Source of the DNA: Vicugna vicugna
Taxonomy: Eukaryota
DNA: 64,000 bases
NCBI GenBank assembly: GCA_013265495.1
Contig: MU058423.1
Span: forward strand, 8,355,627 to 8,419,626
Direction of reading: 5' to 3'
Shown: in pieces, positions 11,701-24,850 of the stretch
Position numbering within the stretch: position 1 is the first letter of the stretch
Layout of the letters: the number at the start of each line of letters is the position of its first letter
The notes under the pieces: generated by a model
What the model was told of the DNA's origin: nothing
The model's database searches: none
What the model saw: only the letters and a program-made list of their open reading frames with translations
Position numbers and translations under genes: made by a program

Positions 11701-12243
11701 TAGAGCTCCCCAAGGCTTTGTTCTGATCTTGAGTTTCTTTTCTCTTTTATTCAACTTTTAGATTGCTTCATAATTATTCCAAAAAATGCATGTGTTTTTA
11801 AACCCCCCTTTTTTTGGCTAAGTGTGGCTCCATTTTGTTTTGAGTACATTGTATTTATGTTTGCTTTAACAGAAGTAGGAAGGGTCCTGTTCAAGCTGGG
11901 AAACACACGCTCTCCGGATTAGTTCTGGAGGGATTAAAAATAGAGGAGTGAGGAAGGAATCTCGGCAGTCACTGGAGAGACAGACCCTGCAACAGGATCA
12001 CCCTCACGTTTGTAGACGTTTTCTATTTCTTTTCACACAGGAGTTTCAGAGCACCCTTTGCTATCTCAGATTGTCTCTCAGAACCACTCCCTTGTACCTC
12101 TCTGGCAAGAGACCGTTGCTTCAGTTAGTTCACACTCGTATCATTAAGGAGAAAGTATATACTCCTGGAACTTTCTTTAGAAAGACATCTCAAGAATGAC
12201 AGTGTTTTAAAAATCTGATAAATATATCCTACTTTTAAATGGT

Positions 12244-12607
12244 TGCCATGGACTGCATGTTTGTGTCACCCAAAATTCCTATGTTGAAACCTAAATCCCC
12301 ACTCTGATAGTGTTTGGAGGTGGGGCTTTGGGGAGGTAATTAGGTCATGAGGCTGGAGCCCTCATGAATGGGATTAGTGTCTTTTATAAGAAGAGAAAGG
12401 AGAGAGACACTGTTTGTAGCCATGTGAGGATTCTTCAAGAAGGCAACGGTCTACCAGCCCGAAAGTAGGGCTTCACATGACACCAAATCTGCTGGGCACC
12501 TTGATCTTGGACATCCTAGCTTCCAGAACTGTGAGAAACAAATATTTATTGTTTAAGTCATCTATTCCATGATATTTTTATTATAGCAGATTGAGTTGAA
12601 TACAACA
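12244..12607 (+). mobile_element. MLT1A-like MaLR solo LTR
   Basis: TG...CA ends; tgccatggactgcatgtttgtgtc...ggaggtggggctttgggaggtaattaggtcatgagg...ttccagaactgtgagaaacaaat. Confidence 0.9.
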
Positions 12608-14590
12608 GTAATAAAATATATATAACAAAATTTACCATTTTATGGCTTAAAGACTTAAACATAAGACAGGACATCATAAGTCTCCTAGAAGAGAACATAG
12701 GCAAAATATTTCTAACATAATCCTAGCAATGTTTTCCTAGGTCAGTTTCCCAAGGTAATAGAAAGAAAAGCAAAAGTAAACAAATGAGACCTAATTAAAC
12801 TTACAAACTTTTGCACAGCAAAGGAAACCATAAACAAAACAAAAAGACAACTTACGGAATGGGAGAAAATGTTTGCAAAGGATGCAACTGACAAGGGCTT
12901 AATATTCAGAATATACAAACATCTCATACAACTCAATAACAAAAAAATAAACAACCCAATCCAAAAATGGGCTGAAGACCTAAATAGACACTTGTCCAAA
13001 GAAGACATACAGATGGCCAATAGGCACAAGAAAAGATGCTCAACATCACTAATTATCAGAGAAATGCAAATCAAAACTATAAAGAGGTATCACTTCAACT
13101 CGGTCAGAATGGCGATCATTAAAAAATCCACAAACGATAAATTCCGGAGAGGGTGTGGAGACAAGGGAACCCTCCTACACTGTTGGTGGGAATATAATTT
13201 GGTGCAGCCACTATGGAAAACACTACGGAGATTCCTTAAAAAACTAAAAATAGAGTTACCATATGATCCAGCAATTCCACTCCTGGGCATATATCTGTGG
13301 AAATCTCTAGTTGGAAAAGATACATGCACCCCAATGTTCACAGCAGCACTATTTACAATAGCCAAGACATGGAAGCAGCCTAAATGTCCACTGGCAGTTG
13401 ATCAGATAAAGAAGATGTCACACACACACACACAAACACACACACACAATGGAATACTACTCAGCCCTAAAAGTGAATGAAATAATGCCATTTACAGCAA
13501 CATGGATGGACCTAGAGGTTATCATATGAAGTAAGTCAGAGAAAGACAAATATCATATGTTATCATTTATATGTGGAATCTGAAAAATGACACAATGAAC
13601 TTATTTACAAAACAGAAACAGACTCAGATGTGGAAAACAAACTTATGGTTATAAAACAGAAAGGAGAAGGGAGCGATAAATTAGGAGTTTGGGCTCAGCA
13701 GATACCAACTACTATATATAAAACAGATAAACAAAAAGGGACTACCGTATAGCACAGGGAACTATATTCAATATCTTATAATAACACATAATGGAAAATA
13801 TAAAAAAGAATATGTATATAACTGAATCACTATTCTGTACACCAGAAACTAACACAGCATTGTAAATCAACTATACTTCAATAAAAAGAAAGTTTATCAT
13901 TTTAACTGTTTTAAAGTGTCCAGTTCAATGGCATTGAGTACATTCATAGTATTATGCAACCATCATCATTATACATCTTCAGAACTTTTTCTTTATCTTA
14001 TACTGAAATTCCACACCTATTAAATAGTAACCCCCTGCTATCCCTTCTTCTCACCCCCTGATAGCCACCATTCTACTTTCGGTCTCTGTGCACTGGACTA
14101 CTCCAGACCCCTCATTTAAGTGGAATCATACAATTTGTCCTTTTCTGTCTGGATTATTTCACTCAGCATAATGACTTCAAGGTTCATCTATGTTGTGTCA
14201 CGTGTTAGAATTTCATTCCTTTTTAAGTCCAAGTGATATTCCACTGAGAGTGGATCCATTCATCTGTCTGTGGATATTTAAGTTGTTTCCACCTCTCGGC
14301 TTTTGTGAATAATGCAGCTATAAACACGGGTGTCAAATATTCGTTCTAGTCCCTTCTTTCAGTTCTGTTATATATATACTTAGATGTGGGATTGCTGGGT
14401 CATATAGTAATTCTGTGTTTAACTTTTTTTGAGGAACTGCCATAGAATTTTCCACAGCAGTTGTACCATTTTACGAGTCCACCAATAGTGCTCGAGGGTT
14501 CCAATTTCTCTTCGTCCTTGCCAACACTTGTTATTTTCTGGTTTTTTTTTTATAACAGCCGTCTTAGTGGGTTTGAAGTGGTATCTCATT
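12608..14590 (-). mobile_element. L1MB-type element, host of the younger L1 above
   Basis: gtaataaaatatatataacaaaatttaccatttt resumes after the insert as aactgttttaaagtgtccagttcaatggcattgagtacattc and runs to gaagtggtatctcatt. Confidence 0.85.
12643..13888 (+). mobile_element. 5'-truncated cetartiodactyl-type L1 (ORF2 C-terminus plus 3' UTR)
   Basis: ORF 12869-13480 is ORF2 C-terminal sequence ([27 protein letters not shown]); 3' UTR ends tgtaaatcaactatacttcaataaaaa; TSD AAAATTTACCATTTTA (12627-12642) vs AAAGTTTATCATTTTA (13889-13904). Confidence 0.95.
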
Positions 14591-14829
14591 ATTATATTTT
14601 AATTTTTCATAAAATAAAGTTTCTGGCCTAAATATCTAGATGTTTTTACAAAAGATTTGGAACTCACTACTGACCGTTTTATAACAAAAACTAACGTTTT
14701 TATAGGATTGTTAATATGGTGGCATCTGACTTGAGTGAGTTGGTTGTCAAAAAACTATTAGCTAAACAGATATAGAACCAGGCAGGATAGATGAATAAGA
14801 GAATTAGGCTTATACACGTACTTTAGTGA

Positions 14830-15930
14830 AATGCACAGGACTTCACACCTAATTGGATTAGGAATGCAGAGGAGGCAAGAACAGGGAATCTCTTCCATGT
14901 TCCTGACATGGACCATTGACAGATGGTAGTTCTATTTGCCAAGATATGGAAAACAGGGAATTATAATAAAATATGCTGCACATCCAAGTGGACATGTTCA
15001 GTACCCAACTGAGTCTAGCAAACAGGAAAAAGCTGCGGAAAAGGGAGAGATTTTGAAGTTCTCAGTTGTGGTGATGCCATCAGTCTGGAGACGTCATCAA
15101 TGTGTAGGAGGAGAAGGGGCCACAGGGGACAGATCAGTTGGATACACCAGTTGTTATCAAGGTGGTTAGAGGAAGAGTAAAAAGGAATGATTATAGAGTT
15201 ACGAGAAATGGTTCCACTGAAACCAGGCAGAGAAAGATTTTGGCCAAAAGTGTCAAAGCAGCAGACAGATTGGATAAATAAATAATGAAAACTGCCTACT
15301 GGATTTAGCACCTGAGCAACCACAGGTAACATGCCTAGGGACAGGTGTGGGGAAGGGGGGACAGAGAGAATACAGCACAGGCTTTCAAGAAGCTTGGGCA
15401 TAAAGAGAAGAGGAAATTCAGGGTGGTAGCTTAAGAAATGCATTTCTTTGTTGTTGTAAGCTAAGAAAGAGCTGAGCTTGTTTGTAGCCTAAAGACAAAG
15501 AGCTAAAGGAGAGGAAGAGGTTGAAGGCACAGGATAGGAAGGAGGCAGCTGATGGATCCAGGTCCTGGAGGAGGTGGGAGGGAAGGAGATTTGGAGCACA
15601 GGCGGCTGGATTAGGATCGGGGTTTGAAACCTGTCCTTTTAGAACAGGGGAAAGAGGCAAGGTTACAACATTTACAGTTATGTTTGTAGAAGTGGGGGGA
15701 AGGGCAGGAACGTAAGAGCATTCATGCTTGATACAGCCTTTGTGACATAGGAAGCAAAGTCACCTACTAAGAAAGGGTGATCTTTTAGAAAACCAGTTTG
15801 GTAGAATAGTGCAGTGTACATTTAAGGAGATGAGTTAAAAGTGTAAAAAGGAAACTAACATAATAGTTTAGGTGTGAGTTTATACGGGACTTAAGTGGAG
15901 TGATAGGAGTTGGGTTGGAAAAGGCAGGTG
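14830..15930 (-). mobile_element. L2 LINE fragments
   Basis: Purine-rich antisense L2 pattern; minus ORF 15015-15443 has the L2 RT-like remnant PLLFMPKLLE. Confidence 0.7.
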
Positions 15931-16029
15931 GACATCACGCTTTTTTTCCTCAAATTCTCTAAGTGAGAAGCATTATTTATCTTCTGATGAACAAATCCTA
16001 AAAGACAACACCCATGCCATGGAGACTGC

Positions 16030-17390
16030 CACATGACGCTGATATCCAAAACCATTTAAAGACATCAACTTTGGTGACGTATTTTTTTGATTCTGACTCA
16101 AAAAGCAAAGACAACAAGAGCAAAATTTAAAAGTGGGATTATATCCAACAAAAAAGCTTCTGCACAGCAAAGAAAGCCATCAACAAAATGAAAAGACAAT
16201 GTACTGAATGGGAGAAAATATTTGCAAATCATATACCTGATAAGGACTTAATATGCAAAATTTATAAAGAACTCATACAACTCAATAACAAAGAAACAAC
16301 CTAATTTTAAAAAATGGACAGAATATCTGAATAGACATTGCTCCAAAGAAGACATACAGATGGCTAACAGGTATATGAAAAAATGCTCAGTATCAGTAAT
16401 CAGCAGGGAAATGCAAATGAAAACCACAATGAGATACCACCCACTTGTTAGAAGGGCTATTTTAAAAAAGTTAGGAAATAACAAGTGTTGGAGAGGGTGT
16501 GGAGAAAAGGAAACCCTTGCGTGCTGCTGCTGGGAATGTAAATTGGTGCAGCCACTAGGGAAACAGTATGAAGGGTTCTCAAAAAATTAAAAATAGAACT
16601 ACCATATGATCCAGCAATTCCACTTTTGGATATTTGTCTAAAGAAAATGAAAATACTAACTCAGAAAGATGTAGGTACCTCCATGTTTACTAGCAGCATT
16701 ATTTACAATAGCCAAGATATGGCAACAATCTAAGCTTCCATCAGTGGATAAATGGATAAAGAAAGTGTGATACATATATATGTATACATACACACATATA
16801 TAATGGAATATAACTCAGCCATAAAAAGAAGGAAATCTTGCCATTTGCAACAACGTAGATGGACATTGACTGTATTATATTAAGTGAAATACGTCATCTA
16901 AGACAAATTCTGTATGATGTCACTTATACGTACAATCTAAAAAACCAAACCAAAACAAAACAAAAACCAAAAAACCCAAGCTCACAGATTCAGAGAGCAG
17001 ATGATTGGTTGTTGCCAGAGGCAGCAGGTCAGGGTGGGCAAAATGGGTGAAGGGGGTCAAAAGGCACAAACTCCCATTATGTAATAAGTAAGTAAGTCAG
17101 GAGGATGTAATATATAGCATGGTGACTATAGTTAATAATAGTTTATTGCACATTTGAAAGTTGCTAAGAGTAAATCATAAAATTCCTCATCACAAGATTT
17201 AAAAAGATTTAAAAAGTTGAAACTATGTATGGTGATAGATGTTAACTAGACTTATTATGGTGAACATTTCACAATGTATGCATAACATGCACAATATATG
17301 CACTAAATATATTTCATCATATTATACACCTGAAACTAATATAATGTTATATGTCAATTATAAATCATAAAAACAAAATTTAAAAAAGAA
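16030..17390 (+). mobile_element. L1MA9-like L1 (ORF2 end plus 3' UTR)
   Basis: aaaagcttctgcacagcaaagaaagcc; ORF 16360-16590 has [21 protein letters not shown]; 3' UTR atagcatggtgactatagttaataata...aaagttgctaagag. Confidence 0.9.
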
Positions 17391-17839
17391 TAAATGCAAC
17401 TGGCCAATAAACATTAAAAATTCTCGGCATCATTACAATTATGTGTGTGTGTGTATGTATATATATAAAATTCAGCCATAATAAGAAGGAAATCTTACCA
17501 TTTGCAACATTTGTTTTATATATAAAAAACATCTAGAGCTAGAGCAAAGCATCCTTGAAGCAGCAAGACTCTCTTAAGACTTGTTAGATTGTAGAGATGA
17601 ATACCAATATTAACTTGCCCTACCCATTTCAATCTTTGAGCTAGCCATCTTAGCACACTCTCTCTCCTTCTCTCTCTCTCTTTCTGTCACAAAAACACCC
17701 TAGCACAAACATTCTTATGTGTGTACATATACATGGAAAGTAGGACAATTGATTTGGGAGGAACTAAGGTAAAGACACGAAGACAGCCTGACCAAAAACC
17801 CTATGTAAACCAGAAATAAAGATCATAATTATGAACAAT

Positions 17840-18770
17840 TTATTTTTTAAAAATTGTGGTAATATATTTAACATAAAATATGCCATTTTAATCATTTAAA
17901 AATACATAGGTCAGTAACAGTAAGTACATTGATTGTACAACCATCACCGCCATCCATCTCCAGAACTTTTTCATCATCCCAAATTGAAACTCTATATCCA
18001 ATAAACAATAATTCCCCATTCTCCACTCCCCTAAGCCCTGGGAGTCTCCATTCTACTTTCTGTGCCTATGAATTGGACTAGTCTAAATTCCTCATATAAG
18101 GAGAATCATACAATATTCGTCCTTTCATGTCTGGCTTATTTCACTTAGCAAATGTCTTCGAGGTTCACCCGTGATGTAGCACATACCACAATTTCATTCT
18201 CTTTTAAGGCTGAAATAATATTCATATAGAGAGAGAGAGACTATTGTGAACAGTGCCACTAAGAACCAATGTACAAATAACTGTTCTAATCCTTGCTTTC
18301 AATCCTTTTGGATATATACCTAGAATTGGAATTATTGGATCATATGACAGTTCTGTTTCATTGTTTTGAGGAACCACTGTACTGTTTTCTACAGCAGTTG
18401 TATTATATTCCTACAGCAATGCACAAGCTTTCAATTGCTCTACATCTTGGCCAACACCTGTAATTTTCTATTTGTTTGTTTTAATAATAACCATCTAAAT
18501 GGTTGTAAAGTGGTATCCTATGGTTTTAATTTGTTTCTCTAATGATTAGTGATGTTGAGCATTTTTTCTGGGGGGAAAACGTCTATTCAAGTCCTTTGTC
18601 CATTCTAAAATAGGCTTGTTTGGATTTTTTGTTGTTGGGTTTAGGAGTTGTAAGAGTCCTTTATGTACTCTGGGTATTAATCCTTTATCAGACGAATGAT
18701 TTGCAAATACTTTCATTCTGCGGGTTGCCTTTTCCATCTCTTGATAGTACTCTGAAGTACAAAAATGATG
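17840..18770 (-). mobile_element. L1MB-type 3' fragment
   Basis: aattgtggtaatatatttaacataaaat...ccatcaccgccatccatctccagaactttttcatc; minus ORF 18546-18737 is an ORF2 remnant. Confidence 0.9.
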
Positions 18771-19444
18771 AATAGTTCACTTTTAACTCCAATTGATACA
18801 AAAAGATGTATAAAAAAAGTTCTCTGAAGTAAATTTGAAATAAAACCTCTAGTCACCATACATTTATTGAACATCTTTATGATACTGAATTAAAGAAAAT
18901 TTTCACTGAAAAGGCACTGAATCTTCTAAATTTTTTCATGACTATAGGACAGTTAATTTGCTTATTCATTCATTGTATTCAACAAATATTTACTGAGCCC
19001 ATATTTTGCCAGGCCTTCCTTCTCACAGTCCACCAGGAGAGGACTATGAAGGAACCACTCTAGGGATCTCCTTATTCGGACACAGTTTTTCTGCAATCAA
19101 CATGGTCCAAATTATTTGTCCCAGATTGCTGATGCCTCCAGGCTCTGGCTTCCTGGATCTCCTTATCCTGGCAATGGTATGTTATAGGCTGAAGAGAATA
19201 ATGGCCAAGAATCCAAAGAACCTGACTGTTTCTATCATGATAACTCTTGTACAGGAACTTTTGCTGTTGCCCCATCTTTTCAGAAATATTGACACTCACC
19301 TAGCACTGAAAATCAAAGAGAGAAAAACTCTAGCCTATATTCTTCGCCCTTGCTAGTATCTGACTTCACCACATGCTAGTCTGTTTCACCCGGCACAGGT
19401 ATACCACAGTGGGCATGCCCTGTGCTCCTTCGTGCCACAGTACC

Positions 19445-19540
19445 AAAAAGTTCACATAAAGATCTGGGTGTCCAGCTTCTCTTGAAAAGGTAGAGGATCT
19501 AGTAAACCTGGGCCCATGTTCTCATGTGTCAAGAGTTAGA
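19445..19540. mobile_element. MER102-like hAT fragment
   Basis: ttcacataaagatctgggtgtccagcttctcttgaaaag...gatctagtaaacctgggccc. Confidence 0.5.
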
Positions 19541-19734
19541 ACATTTGCTTTAAAGTTGTGCCTCCAAACCTTTTAAGTAGAGACCCAAATAAAAAGCGGT
19601 AATATTTGAATAGCATACTAGGGTCACCAGGAAAAGCTGCTTGAGGTGAAGGCAATGAACTAGGGGTTTAGCTACTTCCCCCCACCCAGGGAGCCCAAAG
19701 GCTGTCACTGTTAATACCTTCTCACACTGGTAAT

Positions 19735-19980
19735 CCATCCTGGTGAGCTATGAACCACTGAATGTTTCTAAGCAAAAGAGTGAAATGATCAGGGCTGCAT
19801 TTAAAAAGATAATTCTAGCAGCAGCATAGAGAGCAGACAGGAGGCAGTTAGAAGTTTTCCTAGATCAGCATAGGGAGATGGCTATAAAAGCTTGTCATAT
19901 GGCATTGGTGAGGACAGAAAAGAGGGGGCTCCAGAGACTTTTAAAGATAGAAGCAAAAGACCGGGTGCCAGTGATAGCTT
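19735..19980 (-). mobile_element. L2 fragment
   Basis: gaaccactgaatgtttctaagcaaaagagtgaaatgatcagggctgcatttaaaaagataattctagcagc. Confidence 0.7.
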
Positions 19981-22149
19981 CAGACTTTCCTTACAGCAGG
20001 AGCCTGGGAACAAGAAAAGTCTTCTTGGCATGTGCAAAATAACGGACAAAGAAAAACATATGTTGTTGAAGCTCATGTTGTTTTAAAAACTCAAATATAC
20101 GCATGATAAAAATCAGCTAAGTCTTGCATCAACTTAAATGCTTCAGAAGATTTTAGCCTCATGAAATGTAACTTAATAAGCAATGGTATTGTTTAAAATG
20201 CTGTTACAAACTTATTGAAATGTCTGATACACAGATTTTTCTTTTAGATGTTTGATGTCTTATATATCTTTATAAAAACTGGCTTAAGAATATATGCAGG
20301 GTTTTCTTCTCCCTTTATCATCATACTTTAGCCTTATCTGATCAAAAGGGTGGGGTTCGTGATCCACAATAACCACTAAGGCACCTGAGAAGCAGCAGCA
20401 TGTGTATGAAAGTCATTTATGTCTACAGTAGTGAGTATAAAGGGAGCAGGTTATGTCCAGTGCTCATGTACTTGATGCTGTCAACATGAATAATCTAGCT
20501 AAAATACGTTCACAAAGTCTCCTGCATTATTATTTTTACTTGTCACCACAGAGGTAGCATAGGTGTCATTTTTTTTTTCTAAATAAAACTGTGGAGGGGA
20601 TTTCCTACCCCTTTCTTCCCTCACTCTCTAAAACAGAAGTGTAGAGATTTTTTTTTTCTTTAAATGATTACATGGGTACTTTGAATTTGAAATCAATTGT
20701 TTTTTCCACTGAAATCAAAATATGGTCAGATTTCCTTGAACTCTGGCAGTTAAGAATTCAGGGGACCCTCAAAGGAGCAGACTGCAGCTTAGGAAAGGAA
20801 GGACTGACCACGCTGCTCTGGGACCCCGTGCTTTGCTGTTATCTGTAACAGGCAGCTGCTGCACATTTTGCACACAATTCATTTGAAGACTACCAAAAAC
20901 ACACTGAAGTCAGACGCAGAACATGTCAACCAAGAGAATGAGTTTGATCTATTGCATATTTCACAGGGAGTGGGAAAGAAAAAAGGGGCAGGAAAATAGA
21001 GTGGTTTCAGAGAGATTCCCACCCCCACTTTACTGCCGGAAGCAAGCCTGCCTGACCTTAAGAGACCCAGAGAGGAAAGCAGCCCTAGATGGATTCTCGC
21101 ACACAAAGTGCCACCACACAGAGAGAAGCAAATTTGCATAGGTATGCAGCACTGCCTTCTCTTACCAAAGCAGCTGTGAAGATGGGCTTCTATGCCAGGC
21201 TAATTGTGGTTGATCTACCTGTGATTCAAACGTCAAAGAGAGGGGTCCTCAAAACAGAAGAAAGTATGACATTGTGCTTCCCCAGCCAAGGTCAATGTCC
21301 AGAACAGTTGTAATCACAGTCCCCGGAAGCACATGTCCCATCAAAAAGGGGGTCTGAAAAATCTATAGCCTTTAAAAATCAAATATTGATCTAATTATCA
21401 CATCCACCTCTCGATTTTCCAAATTTGTGAATATTAGACTGTGGCTGTAAACAAATTTTTATTAAAGTATCCAAACTCAGTCCTGAAATAATTTCATCCA
21501 GGCCTCAGGATGGGATTAATTATTATCAGAAACCCTTGCTATTGGTGATACAATAAATTTCCCACACAGATTCTTTTAAAAGCAGTGATATATTAGATGT
21601 ACATTCATAAACAGGGAATATATAACTAGCAATGCTATAAACTGTCAATGTATCATAACCAAATTGTAATTTCACTGCAACGGGAACTCAAGCTCGGTCT
21701 CATCCTTATTTTTTGGCCTATTTACAGCATGACCTAAAGCAGATCACACATCATAACCAGTAACACAAATAAAGGTCTGATTTATTTCTTTTTTTTTTCT
21801 TTTTAGGAAAAAAATACAATTTAATTTCTTTAAGTTGTATATCTTTAAATTCTTCATTTTGGACATTTATGTAATAAAATATTGAGGACAATATTATAAG
21901 TATAATTTTTATTATAAAAATAAGACCTAGAAATAAGAGTATGTGGTACATATAAATTGAGTGTTATCTTTTTCTTGACTAATCAAGAATTATCTACTGC
22001 ACATTTCACCCAGAAAATCATGATATTTTAGTTTTGTTTTGATATGACAAATATAATCTTAGGTTAACCTTGGTTAAAATTGTCCTGTGTTAGGTAACTC
22101 CATAGTGTATAAGTGTGGAAAGAGTTAGGGAAAAGGTGATCAAAAGGGA

Positions 22150-22187
22150 ATTGAAATATTAATATAGATTGAAATATTAATATAGAT
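22150..22187. repeat. 18-bp tandem duplication (ATTGAAATATTAATATAG x2)
   Basis: Seen directly. Confidence 0.9.
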
Positions 22188-22989
22188 ATTTTAAATCTTC
22201 AAGTAAATACAAAACTTCCATTGCAACTAATTATGTCAATCTTCTTTTTCAACATAGCTAAATTTATAGCTGAAAAAAATTTAAGTAGAAATATATATGT
22301 TGAGCTTTGGAAGAAATTTTAAACTCTTGAACCGTATGTTTTTTACCACTATATGTGGGAAATAAGTTGTTCTGATTGAATAAATTTTCTAGTTTAATGA
22401 GAAAAAAGAAAACTTTTTTGTTTTGATCTATGTAGTGGAAAACTTAGCTCAAATATATGAGTTTACTATCTTCCCTTAGTAGGAAGAATATGACAACAGG
22501 TAAATGATTCAGGCTCTTAGAATGCTGAGGACTTTACTTTTCCCCTTTATTAATTCATTCATTTGACAATTATTTACTGAACAACAACTATGTGCCGGGT
22601 ACTGTTCTGGGCAAAAGCTCTATTTGATGGTCATTGTACAGGCTATGGAAGAAGTGTAAATAACAGGATTCAATATGTAAGGATTCCATGTTCTACATTG
22701 GAATGCACTCTTAAAAATCCCTATCAGCTTGTTTTTGATAATATGGTGATTTTGCCTAAAAGTTCCCGATGTCTTTCCTCTGCATGCTCTTAAAATATAA
22801 TCTGCTTAGTTGAAGTTCTGGTTAATTACACCTTTTATTGCAGTTCAAGATAATCTATAAAGCAATTACTACAATGATATGGGAACCAGAGATTGTGTAC
22901 TTGTGTATGACTGGCAGAACTCCACTACATAACCAGCAGTCTGTCTTCAGTGTCTACATAAAAAGGCCATCTTCAAACAGAAAGAATAG

Positions 22990-23640
22990 GCGGTGTGATA
23001 GAGAAACAGTGTACACTCGGGAGTCAGGCAAATCTGGCCATTTGACCAGGGGGTGAGTCCCTCCCTTTAGCCTTAGTGCCCTAAACTGAAAAATGAAAAT
23101 TATGTCCAACCTAATGTTCTTCTGAAGATTAGAGAAGATAATTCATTCAACAAATATTCATCAAGTGCTTTATCCCGAGAGCTCCAGAGAATCATAGGTT
23201 CTTCAACAGAAGAATGCCGCTCTGGCTGCCGTATGGAGAATGAGTGAGAGTGAGGTAAGGTTGGAGGGAGGGAAATCAGTTAGGGACCTGTTATTATTTG
23301 GAACACGTGTAGTTTTCACTAAAGTAGAAGCAGTGAAGAGAAAGAGAAATAAATGGATTTGAGCATTAAAAAGATGAAATGAACGTCACCCACAGGAGAG
23401 GGTGACAGGCCGCACATGGATGGTAAGAGTGTAAGGTATAAAGAAACATCTAAGTCTCTTACTTGGGTATCTAAGTGGATGGCAGTGCCACTAACCAGGA
23501 GAGAGAACATTGGGAAAACAGCAGATTTTGTGGGAAAGATGACAAATTCTGTTCTAGCTAGGTAGAGTCTTCTGAGGGACCTGTGGGATACCCAAATCGT
23601 GATATATGGTATGTGGTTAGAAATACAAGTCTAGAGAGAA
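22990..23640. mobile_element. MIR (+) followed by L2 (-) fragments
   Basis: gggagtcaggcaaatctgg...; attcattcaacaaatatt...ctctggctgccgtatggagaatgag. Confidence 0.65.
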
Positions 23641-23786
23641 AGCAGGGGAACATGACACAGAATAGAAGCCCAATAATCAGGGGCTATTACTGAAGAGACT
23701 TCCCAGCTGGTTCAGTTCATCTCTTCTTCCCCGACTGGTCTAGAAACATCTACAGTTCAGAGGCCATGAGCTATCTCAGAGTGCAG

Positions 23787-23789
<3 letters not shown>

Positions 23790-23831
<42 letters not shown>

Positions 23832-23942
23832 GTAGGGGGACATAATTAGGTGTATTTATTTTCAGAGGCAGTACTGGGGATTGAACCCAGGACCCTGTGC
23901 ATGCCAAGCATGCGCTCTACCACTTGGGCTATACCCTCCCTG
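23790..23942 (-). mobile_element. tRNA-derived SINE, Vic-1 type, with a (GA)n microsatellite in its tail
   Basis: Antisense GGGAGGGTATAGCCCAAGTGG...GGTTCAATCCCCAG; perfect TSD CAGAGTGCAGTAT at 23777-23789 and 23943-23955; (TC)17 at 23789-23822. Confidence 0.92.
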
Positions 23943-24379
23943 CAGAGTGCAGTATAAATGATTCATCACTTGGAAATTTTTCGCAGCTACTAGCACTACC
24001 TGAAGAACCTGTCTGGATTCTATCCCAGCCTCTTAGCTATTGGAATGCTGTTCAAGAAGAGTCACTCTACTGTTTCCTTTTCAGGGGTCTGTATGTTAGT
24101 TTTCACTGTGGTTTCTTAGAACTTCAAACTTTTGAACTGTACGTTAAGATATGCTGAAAGTATGTATGTACTCTCCCTCATTTTGGTTCTCCATACAGCT
24201 GTTGAGTGTAACATGTTGAAGTCACATAGCTAGACTTCATAGCTGGGGAGGACATTCAAGTCAGAGAAAAGACACACAGCTCTGAGATACAACATGCTTG
24301 GTGCATTCAAGACCAATGTGGAGGGATGGGACAATGGAATGGGATGAACCTGGAGAGCCAAGCAGGAGTCAGCTCGTGC

Positions 24380-24850
24380 AGGGAATGTGCAAAGATCCAA
24401 GGGTAAGAACATCACTTGTTCAGGGAACTGAAATTTCAGAAATTCATAGAGTAAAGAGATGACGCTGCAGAAGTATTTGCGGGGAAGAGCTTCAGATCAG
24501 GAAAGGTCTTGTCAGCCATGTGAGGAAGTCTGGATTTTATCCTGACACTGATAAGAAATTATTGAAGAGTTTTACCTGTGGGAGTTTCCTAGTTTAGAAA
24601 GATCACTTTGGTTGTCACATGGAGAATGGACTGGATAAGGCAAGAAAGGTGGCAGCCATGAGGCTGTGACAAAATGCCAGCTGAGTTATAATGGTGGCCT
24701 AAATGATGCCAGGGAAGCAGGGAAAGAAAGAAATGAGTGCATTCAGGAAATACTGAATAGGAATAATCTGCAGACTGGTGAATATCTGGATGTGGGGAGT
24801 CAGGAAAGGAAGGAACAGAACATGACTGTCGCCCACGTTTCTGGTGGGGG
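24380..24850 (-). mobile_element. L2 fragment
   Basis: aggaagtctggattttatcctga...tttagaaagatcactttggttg...ggatgtggggagtcagg. Confidence 0.75.

Noticed and set aside
12869..13480. Longest ORF (203 aa) as a host gene
   Set aside because: It is the C-terminal part of L1 ORF2 within a 5'-truncated element with TSDs; no endonuclease or RT domain
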